DNA from: an uncultured Gammaproteobacteria bacterium
Lineage (GTDB): Bacteria; Patescibacteriota; Microgenomatia; CAYQLK01
DNA length: 64,000 nt
Assembly: GCA_964349875.1 (NCBI GenBank)
Contig: CAYGIG010000001.1
Span: forward strand, 52-64,051
Direction: 5' to 3'
Of the stretch, positions 29,485 to 39,355 are shown piece after piece. A model generated the notes under the pieces. It was not told where the DNA came from. It saw nothing but the letters and a program-made list of their open reading frames with translations, and did not search any database. Position 1 is the first letter of the stretch, and each line of letters opens with the position of its first letter. The translations under genes were made by a program, and so were the position numbers.

Positions 29485-30250
29485 CGCGATTCTCACCATT
29501 GCATTCAGGGATGTTACTAAACTATTCCGCGACCGTCCGAGGATTCTCGCTAGCCTTATTTTCCCAGTTATCTTCATTGGTGTCCTTGGAACCAGTCTCC
29601 AGTCAAATCTTGGCAGTCATATTGGCTACAATTACCTGGTTTTTGTCTTTATTGGTGTACTAGCTCAAACCCTTTTTCAGTCAACTGCTTCTGGAATTAT
29701 TTCTCTCGTCGAAGACCGCCAAAATGACTTCTCGCAAGAAATGTTTATTGCTCCGATTTCCCGCTACTCAATTCTGCTAGGTAAAATTTTAGGCGAAACA
29801 TTAATTTCGCTTGTACAAATAGTCGGTGTTTTAGCATTCGGCTTCATCATTGGAATTCCATTAGACATCTTCGCACTCGTCAAACTTATTCCTTTTATAT
29901 TCCTAATCTCTTTCTTTGGCGGCGCCTTCGGTGTCATGGTCATGTCAAGCCTAAGTAACCAAAGATCGGCTAATCAGATCTTTCCTTTTATCCTTTTTCC
30001 GCAATTTTTCCTAGCTGGAGTTTTTAATCCGATCAATAACCTTCCTCTGCCTATTCTGATTGCTTCACGCCTGTCGCCAATGACTTATGCTGTTGATCTT
30101 ATGCGTAGTATTTATTACTTTGGCACTCCCGAGTATGCCAAAACAGTATTGTTTAATCCTCTGCTAAATGTAGCGGTCGTATTAGGAGCCGGGCTAGTTT
30201 TTTTGGTAGTGGGAACATTTTTATTTGTGCGCAACGAACGCAATCGCTAA
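29471..30250 (+). CDS. ABC-2 family transporter permease
   Basis: 6 TM helices. Overlaps the ATPase gene by 14 nt. Confidence 0.75.
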   Translation: MHNLNAILTIAFRDVTKLFRDRPRILASLIFPVIFIGVLGTSLQSNLGSHIGYNYLVFVFIGVLAQTLFQSTASGIISLVEDRQNDFSQEMFIAPISRYSILLGKILGETLISLVQIVGVLAFGFIIGIPLDIFALVKLIPFIFLISFFGGAFGVMVMSSLSNQRSANQIFPFILFPQFFLAGVFNPINNLPLPILIASRLSPMTYAVDLMRSIYYFGTPEYAKTVLFNPLLNVAVVLGAGLVFLVVGTFLFVRNERNR

Positions 30251-30386
30251 AACCATCTTACTAATCCACAAATTTACTTTGACATCAAAAGGGGTCAGTG
30301 TTAACATTTTGCCCCAAGCACACATCGCGCAAGAGGTGTTTTGGTAAAGCACTTTCAAACAACTCCAACTGGAAGGTGGTTCATCA

Positions 30387-31013
30387 ATGGTCTCGATAAT
30401 CCCCAAGGAAAAATTCAACGCCGAACTAATAAGCGGAGCCAAACGAGGAATCAATTGGTTCAAATCAACATCTCCTTATGGCTACAACATCGCCCAGTGT
30501 GTCTCTGCAGCTATCAAAGAGGTTCGCAGAGGCAACGAACATGACGCGATCTTCTGGGCACACCAGGTCGCCATCTCAGGCATTCAAGCCGAAACATTCC
30601 TCTGGGAACTAATCCGCGTCCACTCAATCGAGGAATGCGGCGTCACCAACCCGGCAGCAATCAGCATCGTCAGCGATGCAATGAGGCTGTACTTCGATCT
30701 CCCTGATCGGGATGATAGACGTTACGCCACACTCGCCTTCGCAGTCACCTATCTGGCCAGATCAGAAAAAACCAGATACAGTAACGAACTTTTTCAGCAG
30801 GTTGTCTACCAACTCAGAGAGGGCACTCTCAAGCTGAAAATGCCCGACTACGCCATCGACCTACATCTTCCGGAAGGCAGACAAATGGGCAGAGGAGTGC
30901 TTCATTACCTGACCGAAGCCTCAACGTTGGACAACGAAGATCTTAGCCTTCCGACCGAACCAAGAGAATGGCTAAATAATTGGGCCAGACTTAAGGAGCA
31001 GAAGCAGAGTTAA
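30387..31013 (+). CDS. hypothetical protein resembling the C-terminal helical domain of RarA/MgsA (no AAA+ domain)
   Basis: AIFWAHQVAISG ... ECGVTNPAAISIVSDAMRLYFDL ... RYATLAFAVTYLARSEKT parallels the MgsA_C arrangement. Gene GC (~50%) is clearly above the flanking ~38%. Confidence 0.35.
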   Translation: MVSIIPKEKFNAELISGAKRGINWFKSTSPYGYNIAQCVSAAIKEVRRGNEHDAIFWAHQVAISGIQAETFLWELIRVHSIEECGVTNPAAISIVSDAMRLYFDLPDRDDRRYATLAFAVTYLARSEKTRYSNELFQQVVYQLREGTLKLKMPDYAIDLHLPEGRQMGRGVLHYLTEASTLDNEDLSLPTEPREWLNNWARLKEQKQS

Positions 31014-31033
31014 AATCCTCCCGCACACCCCTA

Positions 31034-31075
31034 GCCGAACCGTTTGACAGTAAAATCAAACCGTTCGGCTTTTTC
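31034..31075 (+). terminator. Rho-independent terminator
   Basis: GCCGAACCGTTTGA-cagtaaaa-TCAAACCGTTCGGC followed by TTTTTC. Confidence 0.65.
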
Positions 31076-31344
31076 ATTAGCATCAGGTCTCCTGATGCGC
31101 AGGACGTAGCTAAAACTGACGACAAAAATGACTGGTTCAGTTTTTGGAGGAATTTTGGCGAGTAACTATAGACTCCAGCAAAAAGAGCTCGCAAAAAATG
31201 AAAGAGAAAAATCTCGCTGGGATTTTTATCGTGCCTGGAAAGGGAGTTGAAAAAAAATGTTTCTGCATCGCAGAAAACCCTTCTCCGTGGAAATGAGTAT
31301 TAAAAAATAATGTCCACTAGAAAAAATAAAGTAAAATAAACCTA

Positions 31345-31782
31345 ATGCGTATTGCTAATCGTCGCGCCTATCATGATTATTTCATTCTAGAAACCTTCGA
31401 AGCGGGTATTGCTCTTGCGGGCTCCGAGGTAAAATCTCTCCGCCTCGGAAGAGGTAATTTGCAGGAAAGTTTCGTTAAAGTATTATCTGACGGTCTTTAC
31501 CTCGTCAATTGCCATATACCCTCGTTCCAAGGTTCACAGCTCAACATTAGTCCCGATCGAGACCGCAAATTACTCATGCACAAAAAAGAAATCCTCCATC
31601 TGACCATGCATAACACTCAAAAAAGTATTTCCATTATTCCACTCGCAATTTATTTCAAAAATAATCTTGTTAAAATCCAAATTGCTCTTGCCAAACCCAA
31701 AAAACTCGCCGACAAAAGAGCAACTTTAAAAAAAGCCGCGATTGATCGCGACATTGCCAAGTCTTTAAGGTCTAAAATATAA
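31345..31782 (+). CDS. smpB: SsrA-binding protein SmpB
   Basis: IANRRAYHDYFILETFEAGIALAGSEVKSLR, KLLMHKKEI and the basic C-terminal tail match SmpB. Confidence 0.9.
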   Translation: MRIANRRAYHDYFILETFEAGIALAGSEVKSLRLGRGNLQESFVKVLSDGLYLVNCHIPSFQGSQLNISPDRDRKLLMHKKEILHLTMHNTQKSISIIPLAIYFKNNLVKIQIALAKPKKLADKRATLKKAAIDRDIAKSLRSKI

Positions 31783-31811
31783 ACACTCTATAAAACTTGC
31801 CCTGACATAAA

Positions 31812-33725
31812 GTGAAAAATATTTCTGTCATTTCTGAAACAGTAAAAATAACATCCGAGGACGAGCCAAACTTGGGCGAGGTAATTTTTCGTGAGGTAGA
31901 ACTTCACAATGGGCAACCGGTTTTCCTAATTTTTGCTTCATCCAATTCTAACTCTGAAAATATCAGCGAAAAATCAGCACAATCATTCGAAACGATCGTC
32001 AACACGCTCAAATCCAACATCTCTTTAGGTAATTTAGAATCACTTAAAACAGCGTTTTCCGAAGGACTTTCAATACTACAGCCAGAATCTGCAGCACTTG
32101 TTACTGTATTTGATCAAACAATCTACGCCCTAACCCAAAATCTCGGACAGGTATATCTCAAACGACACTCTACTTTTGCTCCAATAGTCCACAACCCACC
32201 GCTTCCAGAGCAAGAATCCGAAGCTCAAAAAAGAGTTATTCGTTCCGCCTCAGGCACTTGGGAGGAAAACGACATTATCGTACTCTCCAGTAATTATCAT
32301 CCGGTTCTTAAAAATGCTCTCAAATCCATAAATTACAAAGAACCCGGCAGCATTGAAAATACGTTAAGACAGGAAGTAGATTTAGAAATTTTATCCAAAA
32401 CAACAATTGGTATTTGCAGAATAATTACGCTCCCTGGCAGTAAAAAAACAGAAAGATTAACTTATGACAATCTTGAGTCTGTTGACCAAAATGTTTTAAA
32501 CCCCAAACCCCAAGAAGAATTAGAATCTGACTCAGAAGATCCGCTTCTTACTTCGGCTCAAAAATCCCAGCTTAGATCAAGGATCAAAGATCACAATCTG
32601 ATTGACAGATTCAAAGATCCTCGCAACACTAAAAAAATATATGGCCTACTCACTCTCACACTAATCATTGCCGTAATGATCAGGCTATTTTTAGCCTTCG
32701 CCGGAATTACTCAGGAATCAAAAAACCTCGAAAGCGAACGCCTACTTCTTCAGGCACAGGAAGAATTTACTCTTGCCCAACCACTCAAAACCTCAAACCC
32801 ACCGCTTGCCCGCAAAAACCTAGTTGCCGCTCAAAGCAAAATAAACAATATTCTTGCTTTAAGCCCCAACAATGAATCAGCCAAAATTTTGCTTACCAAA
32901 ATTCAACAAAGCATTGAAGAAACATTAAATGTAAAAGACACCCTCATTTCTGACTTTCTCAAACTGGACTTAATAAAAACTGGTGCCACTGGTCACAGTT
33001 TAGATCTCGACGGCAGGCTGCTTAACATCTTAGACAGCCAAAATGGAACCCTTTATCAGGTAAATATTGACAGAAAAAGCACTGAAATAGTTGGTGGCGG
33101 AGAAAATGTGAAAAATGCTCAATTCGTAGCCGGGTCTCTTGGGCGCACATTTGCCTATAAAGATGCTCTTGGAATTGTTAAGTCAACCGCTGGCGATACA
33201 AAAACAGAAACCGTCATTAAAGCCAGCGACCAGAGCTGGAACGGCATCGGCAGTATCGCATCCTTCGGGGGAAATGTTTACACTCTCGACAATGGCAATA
33301 ATCAGGTCTGGAAATATACCCCCACCGAAAATGCTTTTTCTCCAAAAACCAATTACATTAAAGATGCAGTTTCACGCGATATCAGTGATGGTATTGATAT
33401 GAGTATCGATGGCTCTGTCTGGATTCTCACAAAATCCGAAAACATCTACAACTTCCTTCCTGATTCCGGTACCAGCTTCCCCACTTCTGGATTAGACAAA
33501 AAAATCGGCGATAATGCCAAAATATATTCTGATGCAGAATCAACTGATCTAGTCTATGTTCTTGATGCGCAAAATTCTCGCGTCATTGCTTTTAGCAAAA
33601 CAGGCGGGTACAGACTCCAATACCAAGATCCTCAGATTGCATCCGCTATTGATATTGCCGTGTCCGAAAAAGACCAAACCATTTTCCTTCTCACGCCAAA
33701 CTCCATCCTGTCACTAAAACTTTAA
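31812..33725 (+). CDS. hypothetical membrane-anchored protein with C-terminal beta-propeller-like repeats
   Basis: GTG start. One central TM helix (IYGLLTLTLIIAVMIRLFLAFAGI). The C-terminal ~300 aa carry repeated beta-strand motifs (VYTLDNGNNQVWKY, VYVLDAQNSRVIAF). Confidence 0.4.
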   Translation: MKNISVISETVKITSEDEPNLGEVIFREVELHNGQPVFLIFASSNSNSENISEKSAQSFETIVNTLKSNISLGNLESLKTAFSEGLSILQPESAALVTVFDQTIYALTQNLGQVYLKRHSTFAPIVHNPPLPEQESEAQKRVIRSASGTWEENDIIVLSSNYHPVLKNALKSINYKEPGSIENTLRQEVDLEILSKTTIGICRIITLPGSKKTERLTYDNLESVDQNVLNPKPQEELESDSEDPLLTSAQKSQLRSRIKDHNLIDRFKDPRNTKKIYGLLTLTLIIAVMIRLFLAFAGITQESKNLESERLLLQAQEEFTLAQPLKTSNPPLARKNLVAAQSKINNILALSPNNESAKILLTKIQQSIEETLNVKDTLISDFLKLDLIKTGATGHSLDLDGRLLNILDSQNGTLYQVNIDRKSTEIVGGGENVKNAQFVAGSLGRTFAYKDALGIVKSTAGDTKTETVIKASDQSWNGIGSIASFGGNVYTLDNGNNQVWKYTPTENAFSPKTNYIKDAVSRDISDGIDMSIDGSVWILTKSENIYNFLPDSGTSFPTSGLDKKIGDNAKIYSDAESTDLVYVLDAQNSRVIAFSKTGGYRLQYQDPQIASAIDIAVSEKDQTIFLLTPNSILSLKL

Positions 33726-33727
33726 AG

Positions 33728-34405
33728 CTATCCTGCCAACACCAGTACCCACACTTTCCCAGCCCCTCTTCGTTTCAAAACTTTCACACACTCTCTTGCA
33801 GTCACTCCGGTAGTTATTACATCGTCTATTAACAGAAAATTTGACCCTTTTTTAAAATTATTCTTCACTTCAAAAGAATTAATGATATTTTTTAGTCTCT
33901 CTTTTTTGTTCAACTCAAATTGAGGCTTGGTATCCTTGTTTCTTTTTAAGCAATCCTCAGTTTCTAAGCCAAATTTAGCAGCCGCAGCCCGCCCCAAAAG
34001 CTCCGCCTGATTAAACCCTCTTTTGTTTAATTTCGTGTTTGATATCGGCACCCAGGTAACTACAAAATTATTCCTCTTCCAATAATCCACCAGCCGAGAA
34101 TCTGTTTTTGCATAAAGTTCAGAAAGCTCAACAACCAAACTTCTTACCCGACGAAATTTTATTTCTTTAATCAGTTTTTTGATTCCGCCTTTGTATCTAA
34201 AAATTACAAATATTCCTTCTACAGAAAGAACTGTTTTACATTTTGGATGAGTCAATCCGTCTAATCCAAGCCTACGGCACTTAATACAGCGCTGACTCAG
34301 GTAAAGCTCCTGTTTTTTAATACATTTTGCACAAAAATAAGTCGCACTTTTCCCGCACCCGATGCATTTTTTAGGAAACAGCCAACTACTAACAAAATTA
34401 AGCAT
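33728..34405 (-). CDS. comFC: ComF family protein (ComFC, phosphoribosyltransferase-type competence protein); start placed at the internal Met after the tmRNA terminator
   Basis: N-terminal zinc finger CIGCG...CAKC. C-terminal PRTase motif LLIDDVITTGVTAREC. The upstream part of the track ORF overlaps the tmRNA gene and is rejected. Confidence 0.75.
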   Translation of the reverse strand: MLNFVSSWLFPKKCIGCGKSATYFCAKCIKKQELYLSQRCIKCRRLGLDGLTHPKCKTVLSVEGIFVIFRYKGGIKKLIKEIKFRRVRSLVVELSELYAKTDSRLVDYWKRNNFVVTWVPISNTKLNKRGFNQAELLGRAAAAKFGLETEDCLKRNKDTKPQFELNKKERLKNIINSFEVKNNFKKGSNFLLIDDVITTGVTARECVKVLKRRGAGKVWVLVLAG

Positions 34406-34416
34406 AATTTTAAGCA

Positions 34417-34449
34417 ACAAAAAAGGCCGCCCATGTTGAGCAGCCTTTT
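34417..34449 (-). terminator. Rho-independent terminator downstream of tmRNA
   Basis: Minus strand AAGGCTGC-tcaacatg-GGCGGCCTT followed by a T-run. Confidence 0.45.
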
Positions 34450-34480
34450 TGTCTTTTCCTTTTTCAAGAAATTCCATTAG

Positions 34481-34934
34481 TGGAGATGGCGGGCTATGAA
34501 CCCGCGTCCGATAATAATCCGAAAAGAAACTTCTACAAGCGTAGTTAGTGTTTATAAAAATCATTCTGATCTCCAAACCCACTAACAGGCGCTGGAGGCA
34601 AAACTATCTAATTTAATTAAGAATACCCAAAATTAATTGAGTACTAATAATATCTTTTCCGCATTTCTCAAAATTAGCAAATGAGCGCTTAGACTCCAAC
34701 AAAGGTTATACCCTAAGCGGCTCCGTTGGAGAAAAACCACTTAAAGTCCTTATCGGCCTAACTTAGGCAAAAGCGTAAGCAGACGGACGAGGAGCAAACA
34801 ATCCCGCGAGGGAGTCGTTTACTTTGTCAGAAATTTTGCTGACATTTATTTTTTCTAAAAATATTTTGCGAGTTATTTAGAATCACTCGGCTTGCAGTTT
34901 TTAACGAGCTAAACCGTCGAGGCAATACATCCCC
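34481..34934 (-). ncRNA. ssrA: tmRNA (SsrA), ~454 nt, CCA not encoded
   Basis: 5' end GGGGATGTATTGCCTCGACGGTTTAG (conserved GGGG..TCGACGG). 3' tRNA-Ala-like end GGACGCGGGTTCATAGCCCGCCATCTCCA with a G3-U pair in the acceptor stem. In-frame tag candidate ...GCT CCT CGT CCG TCT GCT TAC GCT TTT GCC TAA (APRPSAYAFA, stop near 34763). smpB is 3 kb away. Confidence 0.8.
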
Positions 34935-34993
34935 ATAGCGCGCATTATAACATTTTTAGGCTCGAGGGTCAAATATTATGGGGCGAAAACAAA

Positions 34994-35233
34994 CTAAATA
35001 CCGCTTAAGATCACGCCTCCAACCAAAAGTAGCACCGACAAAGACGCACCAAGATTAAGAATCGAGATAAACTTGAATACCTTTCCTTCAGCAGTGATTA
35101 CCGTACGATTAGTCACATTCACCTGCTTAAGCACCAAAAAGGCAAAAACCAGATAAAACACCGATCCCAAAACCAGAAATGCTTTAAATACCGTTTCAAA
35201 ATTAAATAGTCCGCCTGAAAAAAATAGATCCAT
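34994..35233 (-). CDS. small membrane protein, hypothetical
   Basis: Two TM helices, 79 aa. Stop 3 nt before the next gene start. Confidence 0.4.
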   Translation of the reverse strand: MDLFFSGGLFNFETVFKAFLVLGSVFYLVFAFLVLKQVNVTNRTVITAEGKVFKFISILNLGASLSVLLLVGGVILSGI

Positions 35234-35235
35234 AA

Positions 35236-35802
35236 TTACTTTATTTCTCCCGCCGGCTCAGCTTTTTCAAGCCTGGCTTCTTTTTGAATAGCAAGTGACA
35301 CCTTAGCTGGATGGGGCACGGAATTAAAATCAAATTCCCGTTGTTCAGCGGCGGTCTGAATATGCACATGTCCGTAATCAAAAAACAGCCTCGCAATTCC
35401 CCCAACAGCCTGCGAAACATCTTCAATATTATCAAGCCCCGCGTAAGATACTTTTTTTGACAATAAGTTGTGAAAATCCACATCGATTATCCGCTCGTTA
35501 GTCAAAATATACGTATTATTAAACCAGCTAACCAATCTTTCCAATAACACTCCAAACGTTATCAAATACCACAAAATAGTTGCAATAATCCAATATTCAG
35601 CAGAAATTACACTGGTAATATCAATTTCATACATAGAAACTGCCCCAAAGAAAACAAATGGCACCAGAACCATTAAGCCCACAGTCACAAACCAGTTGAG
35701 CAAAACCACGAAATGCTGCCTTAGAAAAAGTATTACTTTTTCCCCCTCCTCTTGGCCTTCAAACGTTATATTTTCTGGGTTTTCAAAAAACGATTTCAAC
35801 AT
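35236..35802 (-). CDS. bacterial PH-domain (bPH_2/YdbS-like) membrane protein
   Basis: Two N-terminal TM helices, then ILTNERIIDVDFHNLLSKKVSYAGLDNIEDV, typical of DUF304/bPH_2. Confidence 0.55.
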   Translation of the reverse strand: MLKSFFENPENITFEGQEEGEKVILFLRQHFVVLLNWFVTVGLMVLVPFVFFGAVSMYEIDITSVISAEYWIIATILWYLITFGVLLERLVSWFNNTYILTNERIIDVDFHNLLSKKVSYAGLDNIEDVSQAVGGIARLFFDYGHVHIQTAAEQREFDFNSVPHPAKVSLAIQKEARLEKAEPAGEIK

Positions 35803-35842
35803 TGCAACAATTCTACCCTAATTACTAAATTATTTAACAAGC

Positions 35843-37639
35843 CTACTTCTTCTCTACATTAAACAAACCGCCAACAATCTGGATATTTGCTGGAGCTCTG
35901 AGATTAAATCTATCTTTAAATTCTCTACCCGAAAAGTTCTGACTACCTGCGTCTCCGTTTATAGTGATTGTATTGACTACCCCAATACTTTTGTCCCAAT
36001 CAATTGATACACTCGATACAGAACCATAAGGACTCCCGCCCTTACTTTTTAATTCATCTTTGACTTTATTTGCGTCCCAATTGTCAGTACCAGCCGGATT
36101 TGATTTATCGGTCTGGTAGAGGTGTTCAGCACTAGAAGAGTCACTCTTGACTAACAATAAAGTGTTTACAATATCGGCCACCTCTTCGGATTTAAGCCAG
36201 GCGGAGTTGCCATATTGTGATCGATAACCTTGTGCAGCATATAAACACTTTGAGTCCTTATCATAAGATTTACTTAATAACTCATCAAAGCTTCCTATGT
36301 CACCATTTGTATCTCTCAGCCTCTTTGTCCAAGCAGTGTTTCCTCCCCATACGTCAGCTGAAGTAAAGGTGTAACCGCCTGATGTAGATGCGAACCATGC
36401 TTTAATTGGACTGCCACCGTTTGTCATAATCTTTCCTTTAGTTGCCTCTACTGCGTTTATCCAATTCGAACTATTTACTTCTTTCTTGATTACCTGATCT
36501 GACTGACTTGGAAGAATATAACCTTTATCTTGCATAATTTTTAACGCATAAGACCTAGCAGCTATTGCTTGTGCCTTTAAAGCAGCCGAGTCGTTATCCG
36601 TCCAGCTTGTTGGCATTTCATGAACGTGTTTCATATACTCCTCGATACTCATAGTCTCGTTGTCAAAAGTTTGGCCAAACTCATTTTTTCCATTCACTTT
36701 TATCGTCTCGTTTTCTTTTCCAGTTTGAAATTCAAAATTCTGAAAATAGGCTTGAAGTATCTGTTCAGCAGATTGACCAGCCTTTGCCCTTCCCCACGCT
36801 CCGTACTGATTCATTCCAACCCTATGAGGTATGCCAAATGTAAAAAATGCAAAAGCATTACCAAACCCAGGGTCTAATTTTCTATCGTCAGTACAAGATA
36901 AAGGACCAGCTCCTAAACTAGAGGGTAAATTCAAACTTCCAAGTTTTTGTGCAAGAATTTCATTCTGTCTCGCTGTGAGGGAAACTATCTGGTTCGACAA
37001 GCTACTTTGATATTTCTTTGCCCCCGAAACCTCTTTCTTATAAAAATCCGCTTCCTTGTTTAGCGAAGCCTGCAGTCCCGCGGATTTTATTTTCTCTTTC
37101 GCTAAATCCTCTTTCTCTTTTTTTAATCCCGTAATGTCTCCTGTAATAGAAATAATTAGATTCTTGTCTCTGTCTGCAGTTTTTGCCCGAAAAGTCAGCT
37201 CCCGAGTGACATCAGTAGCGTTATCCGAAGACAACAAAGTCAAAAGAGGTGTATCTACAAAAGTTTTAATGTAATAACTTCTGACAGTTGCAGCCAAAAT
37301 TTTCTTCTGCTTGTCCAAATCAGCCTCTTTTTGTTTTATCTGTTTTTCAGCTAGCCCTATATTGCTTGTTAATTTGTTTATTTTGGTTTGTATCGAAGTT
37401 ATTTGTCCATTTAAACTCTTCAGTTTCTGTTCCAGAGGCACAGTTGCGTCTTGACTGGATTTTAAGTCTCTGCTTAATTTTTCGATTTCTTTGGCAATTT
37501 CATCACTGCTATTTAGATCCAGCGCCAAAGTATTTGGCATAAAACTGATATTTAGTATTTCGACCACAATAAGTACACTTATCAGCAATAGCTTCAGATA
37601 GCGGAAAAAAACTTGACGATAGGCAGGCAACTTTGTCAT
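35843..37639 (-). CDS. SpoIID/LytB domain protein with N-terminal TM anchor and long coiled-coil (start uncertain; track ORF extends to 37729)
   Basis: HRVGMNQYGAWGRAKAGQSAEQILQAYF resembles the SpoIID/LytB catalytic region. The preceding ~250 aa are heptad-rich. Confidence 0.55.
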   Translation of the reverse strand: MTKLPAYRQVFFRYLKLLLISVLIVVEILNISFMPNTLALDLNSSDEIAKEIEKLSRDLKSSQDATVPLEQKLKSLNGQITSIQTKINKLTSNIGLAEKQIKQKEADLDKQKKILAATVRSYYIKTFVDTPLLTLLSSDNATDVTRELTFRAKTADRDKNLIISITGDITGLKKEKEDLAKEKIKSAGLQASLNKEADFYKKEVSGAKKYQSSLSNQIVSLTARQNEILAQKLGSLNLPSSLGAGPLSCTDDRKLDPGFGNAFAFFTFGIPHRVGMNQYGAWGRAKAGQSAEQILQAYFQNFEFQTGKENETIKVNGKNEFGQTFDNETMSIEEYMKHVHEMPTSWTDNDSAALKAQAIAARSYALKIMQDKGYILPSQSDQVIKKEVNSSNWINAVEATKGKIMTNGGSPIKAWFASTSGGYTFTSADVWGGNTAWTKRLRDTNGDIGSFDELLSKSYDKDSKCLYAAQGYRSQYGNSAWLKSEEVADIVNTLLLVKSDSSSAEHLYQTDKSNPAGTDNWDANKVKDELKSKGGSPYGSVSSVSIDWDKSIGVVNTITINGDAGSQNFSGREFKDRFNLRAPANIQIVGGLFNVEKK

Positions 37640-37658
37640 TGTTAGATTATACCTAACC

Positions 37659-38237
37659 ATGCATATCTTTAACCTCGCCCAAAAAACCATACTGGTTATG
37701 GCATTTTTTGTTTTCGGCACTATTTTCACCTATTTAGCTAATCCTCAACCCGTCCACGCAGAAGCAGGATGGAAAATAGTCGGCGGTGACAGTGTCGACA
37801 ACCCGCAACGGTGTATGTATTCTGACAACAACGCAGATTTTGAAAACGTTTATTCTTCTCAAGCAGCCTGCCAAGCAGGTCTTACAAATTCAGAAAACAC
37901 CGACTTTACCCCATTTAGCGGTGAATCCAGCGTACCTTGTCATCCAACTTGCTCCATCGGAGGCCTCTTCACTTTTGACACTAGCGACAAGGGTGGAAAA
38001 ACCGTTTCCCGTATTCTATTTATTAGTATTTCTATCGCCGCCATTATCTCATTTATTATGGCGGGCTTTGGAGCCGTCAGAATCATCACCTCTGCCGGCA
38101 ACCCAAGCGGTATTAACGCTGGAAGAGAAATGATAATTGCCGCCATTTCCGGCCTCCTCTTCATAATTTTTTCCGTCACAATTCTGCAAATTATTGGCGT
38201 TTCCTCCTTACAAATTCCGGGTTTTGGAATTTACTAA
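37659..38237 (+). CDS. VirB2/TrbC-type T4SS pilin-like protein with an N-terminal Cys-containing extracellular domain
   Basis: Signal/TM segment, then a domain with Cys at QRCMY, AACQAG and VPCHPTCSIGG. C-terminal hydrophobic-loop-hydrophobic module IITSAGNPSGINAGREMIIAAISGLLFIIFSV, shared with the five downstream paralogs. Confidence 0.6.
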   Translation: MHIFNLAQKTILVMAFFVFGTIFTYLANPQPVHAEAGWKIVGGDSVDNPQRCMYSDNNADFENVYSSQAACQAGLTNSENTDFTPFSGESSVPCHPTCSIGGLFTFDTSDKGGKTVSRILFISISIAAIISFIMAGFGAVRIITSAGNPSGINAGREMIIAAISGLLFIIFSVTILQIIGVSSLQIPGFGIY

Positions 38238-38240
38238 AAC

Positions 38241-38576
38241 ATGACAGACCAACTTAAACAAATTGCTCTCACTCTCGGCGATGTCAACGTCGACAACCCA
38301 ATCGGCTATAACCAATCCGGTCAGGCGTATAACGTCGGCACCTTAATCACTGCGGCCATGCTTGTTGTGATTTTTCCGTTTGCATTTTTGGTTTCAATAA
38401 TCCTCATCGCAATCGGTGGATTAAGAATCATTATGAGCCAGGGCAACCCAGGCGCAGTCTCAGGCGGACGATCAATGATAATCAACTCAGTCATTGGGCT
38501 TGTAATCATCTCAATTGCCTGGGCTGTTACTTCATTCGTCTCCACCAACCTACTTAACGTCAACGTAATCGGATAA
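38241..38576 (+). CDS. VirB2/TrbC-type T4SS pilin-like protein (paralog 2)
   Basis: TM1 LITAAMLVVIFPFAFLVSIILIAIGG, loop IIMSQGNPGAVSGGRSM, TM2 IINSVIGLVIISIAWAV. Confidence 0.65.
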   Translation: MTDQLKQIALTLGDVNVDNPIGYNQSGQAYNVGTLITAAMLVVIFPFAFLVSIILIAIGGLRIIMSQGNPGAVSGGRSMIINSVIGLVIISIAWAVTSFVSTNLLNVNVIG

Positions 38577-38577
38577 C

Positions 38578-38898
38578 ATGCAGGATTCCGCTAAATATTT
38601 AGCTCAAAACATAAGTATAAAAGAGTTGTTTCAACCCGCCAAAAGCGGAAAATTCGATAACGTGGGAGATCTTGGTTCTTTTATTTTTCAAATATTGCTT
38701 TATTTTGGCGTAATTCTCGCTGTGATTTTTATTATTATCGGCGGATACAAATTTATAACCTCCGGAGGCGACCCCGCAAAAGCTGCTGGCGCCAAAAGTA
38801 CACTTATTTATGCAATTGTTGGCCTTATTCTAATGTTCTTCTCTATTGTGATAATGTATGTAGTACAAGCCACTTTTATTAACAACGCCAAATTGTAA
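38578..38898 (+). CDS. VirB2/TrbC-type T4SS pilin-like protein (paralog 3)
   Basis: ITSGGDPAKAAGAKSTLIYAIVGLILMFFS loop and TM2. Start 2 nt after the previous stop. Confidence 0.65.
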   Translation: MQDSAKYLAQNISIKELFQPAKSGKFDNVGDLGSFIFQILLYFGVILAVIFIIIGGYKFITSGGDPAKAAGAKSTLIYAIVGLILMFFSIVIMYVVQATFINNAKL

Positions 38899-38899
38899 T

Positions 38900-39355
38900 A
38901 TGTCCAAAGTCAAATCGGCCATTATCACGGCAATATTTACGATCATCAATCTTTCAGGTTTTTTCCCTTTACTTGGCGTATCAAAAGCTCTGGCAGGCCC
39001 AACCGATGGAACTGATGGGGGTGGTAGTGGTGGAATTTCAGGAGAAAATAATCCATTAGGAGCAATAAGAGGTCCAAGCGGAGTTCCTACCGAACCAGGC
39101 TCCCTTGTTTCTATCATTAATTTATTAATAAAAGGTTTGATGGGAATTGGTTTTTTATTAGCTTTTATTTACTTACTTCTTGCAGGAATTAGCTATATTA
39201 CTAGTAACGGAGAACCTGCCAAAACCGCCGCAGCTCAGAAAAAAATCATCTACGCCATTATTGGAATGGTTGTTATTGGACTATCTTTTGCGGTCCTTTC
39301 ACTAATCGAAACAATATTCGGAATACCGGTTACAAGTCCGGAGCTTCCATTCTAA
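38900..39355 (+). CDS. VirB2/TrbC-type T4SS pilin-like protein (paralog 4) with Gly-rich insert
   Basis: ITSNGEPAKTAAAQKKIIYAIIGMVVIGLS, plus a flexible GPTDGTDGGGSGGISGENNPLG segment. Confidence 0.6.
   Translation: MSKVKSAIITAIFTIINLSGFFPLLGVSKALAGPTDGTDGGGSGGISGENNPLGAIRGPSGVPTEPGSLVSIINLLIKGLMGIGFLLAFIYLLLAGISYITSNGEPAKTAAAQKKIIYAIIGMVVIGLSFAVLSLIETIFGIPVTSPELPF

Noticed and set aside
34406-34582. N-terminal 59 codons of the comFC track ORF (GTG start at 34582)
   Set aside because: This stretch overlaps the tmRNA 3' tRNA-like domain and its terminator. The conserved ComF zinc finger begins right after the internal Met, so the extension is an artefact.
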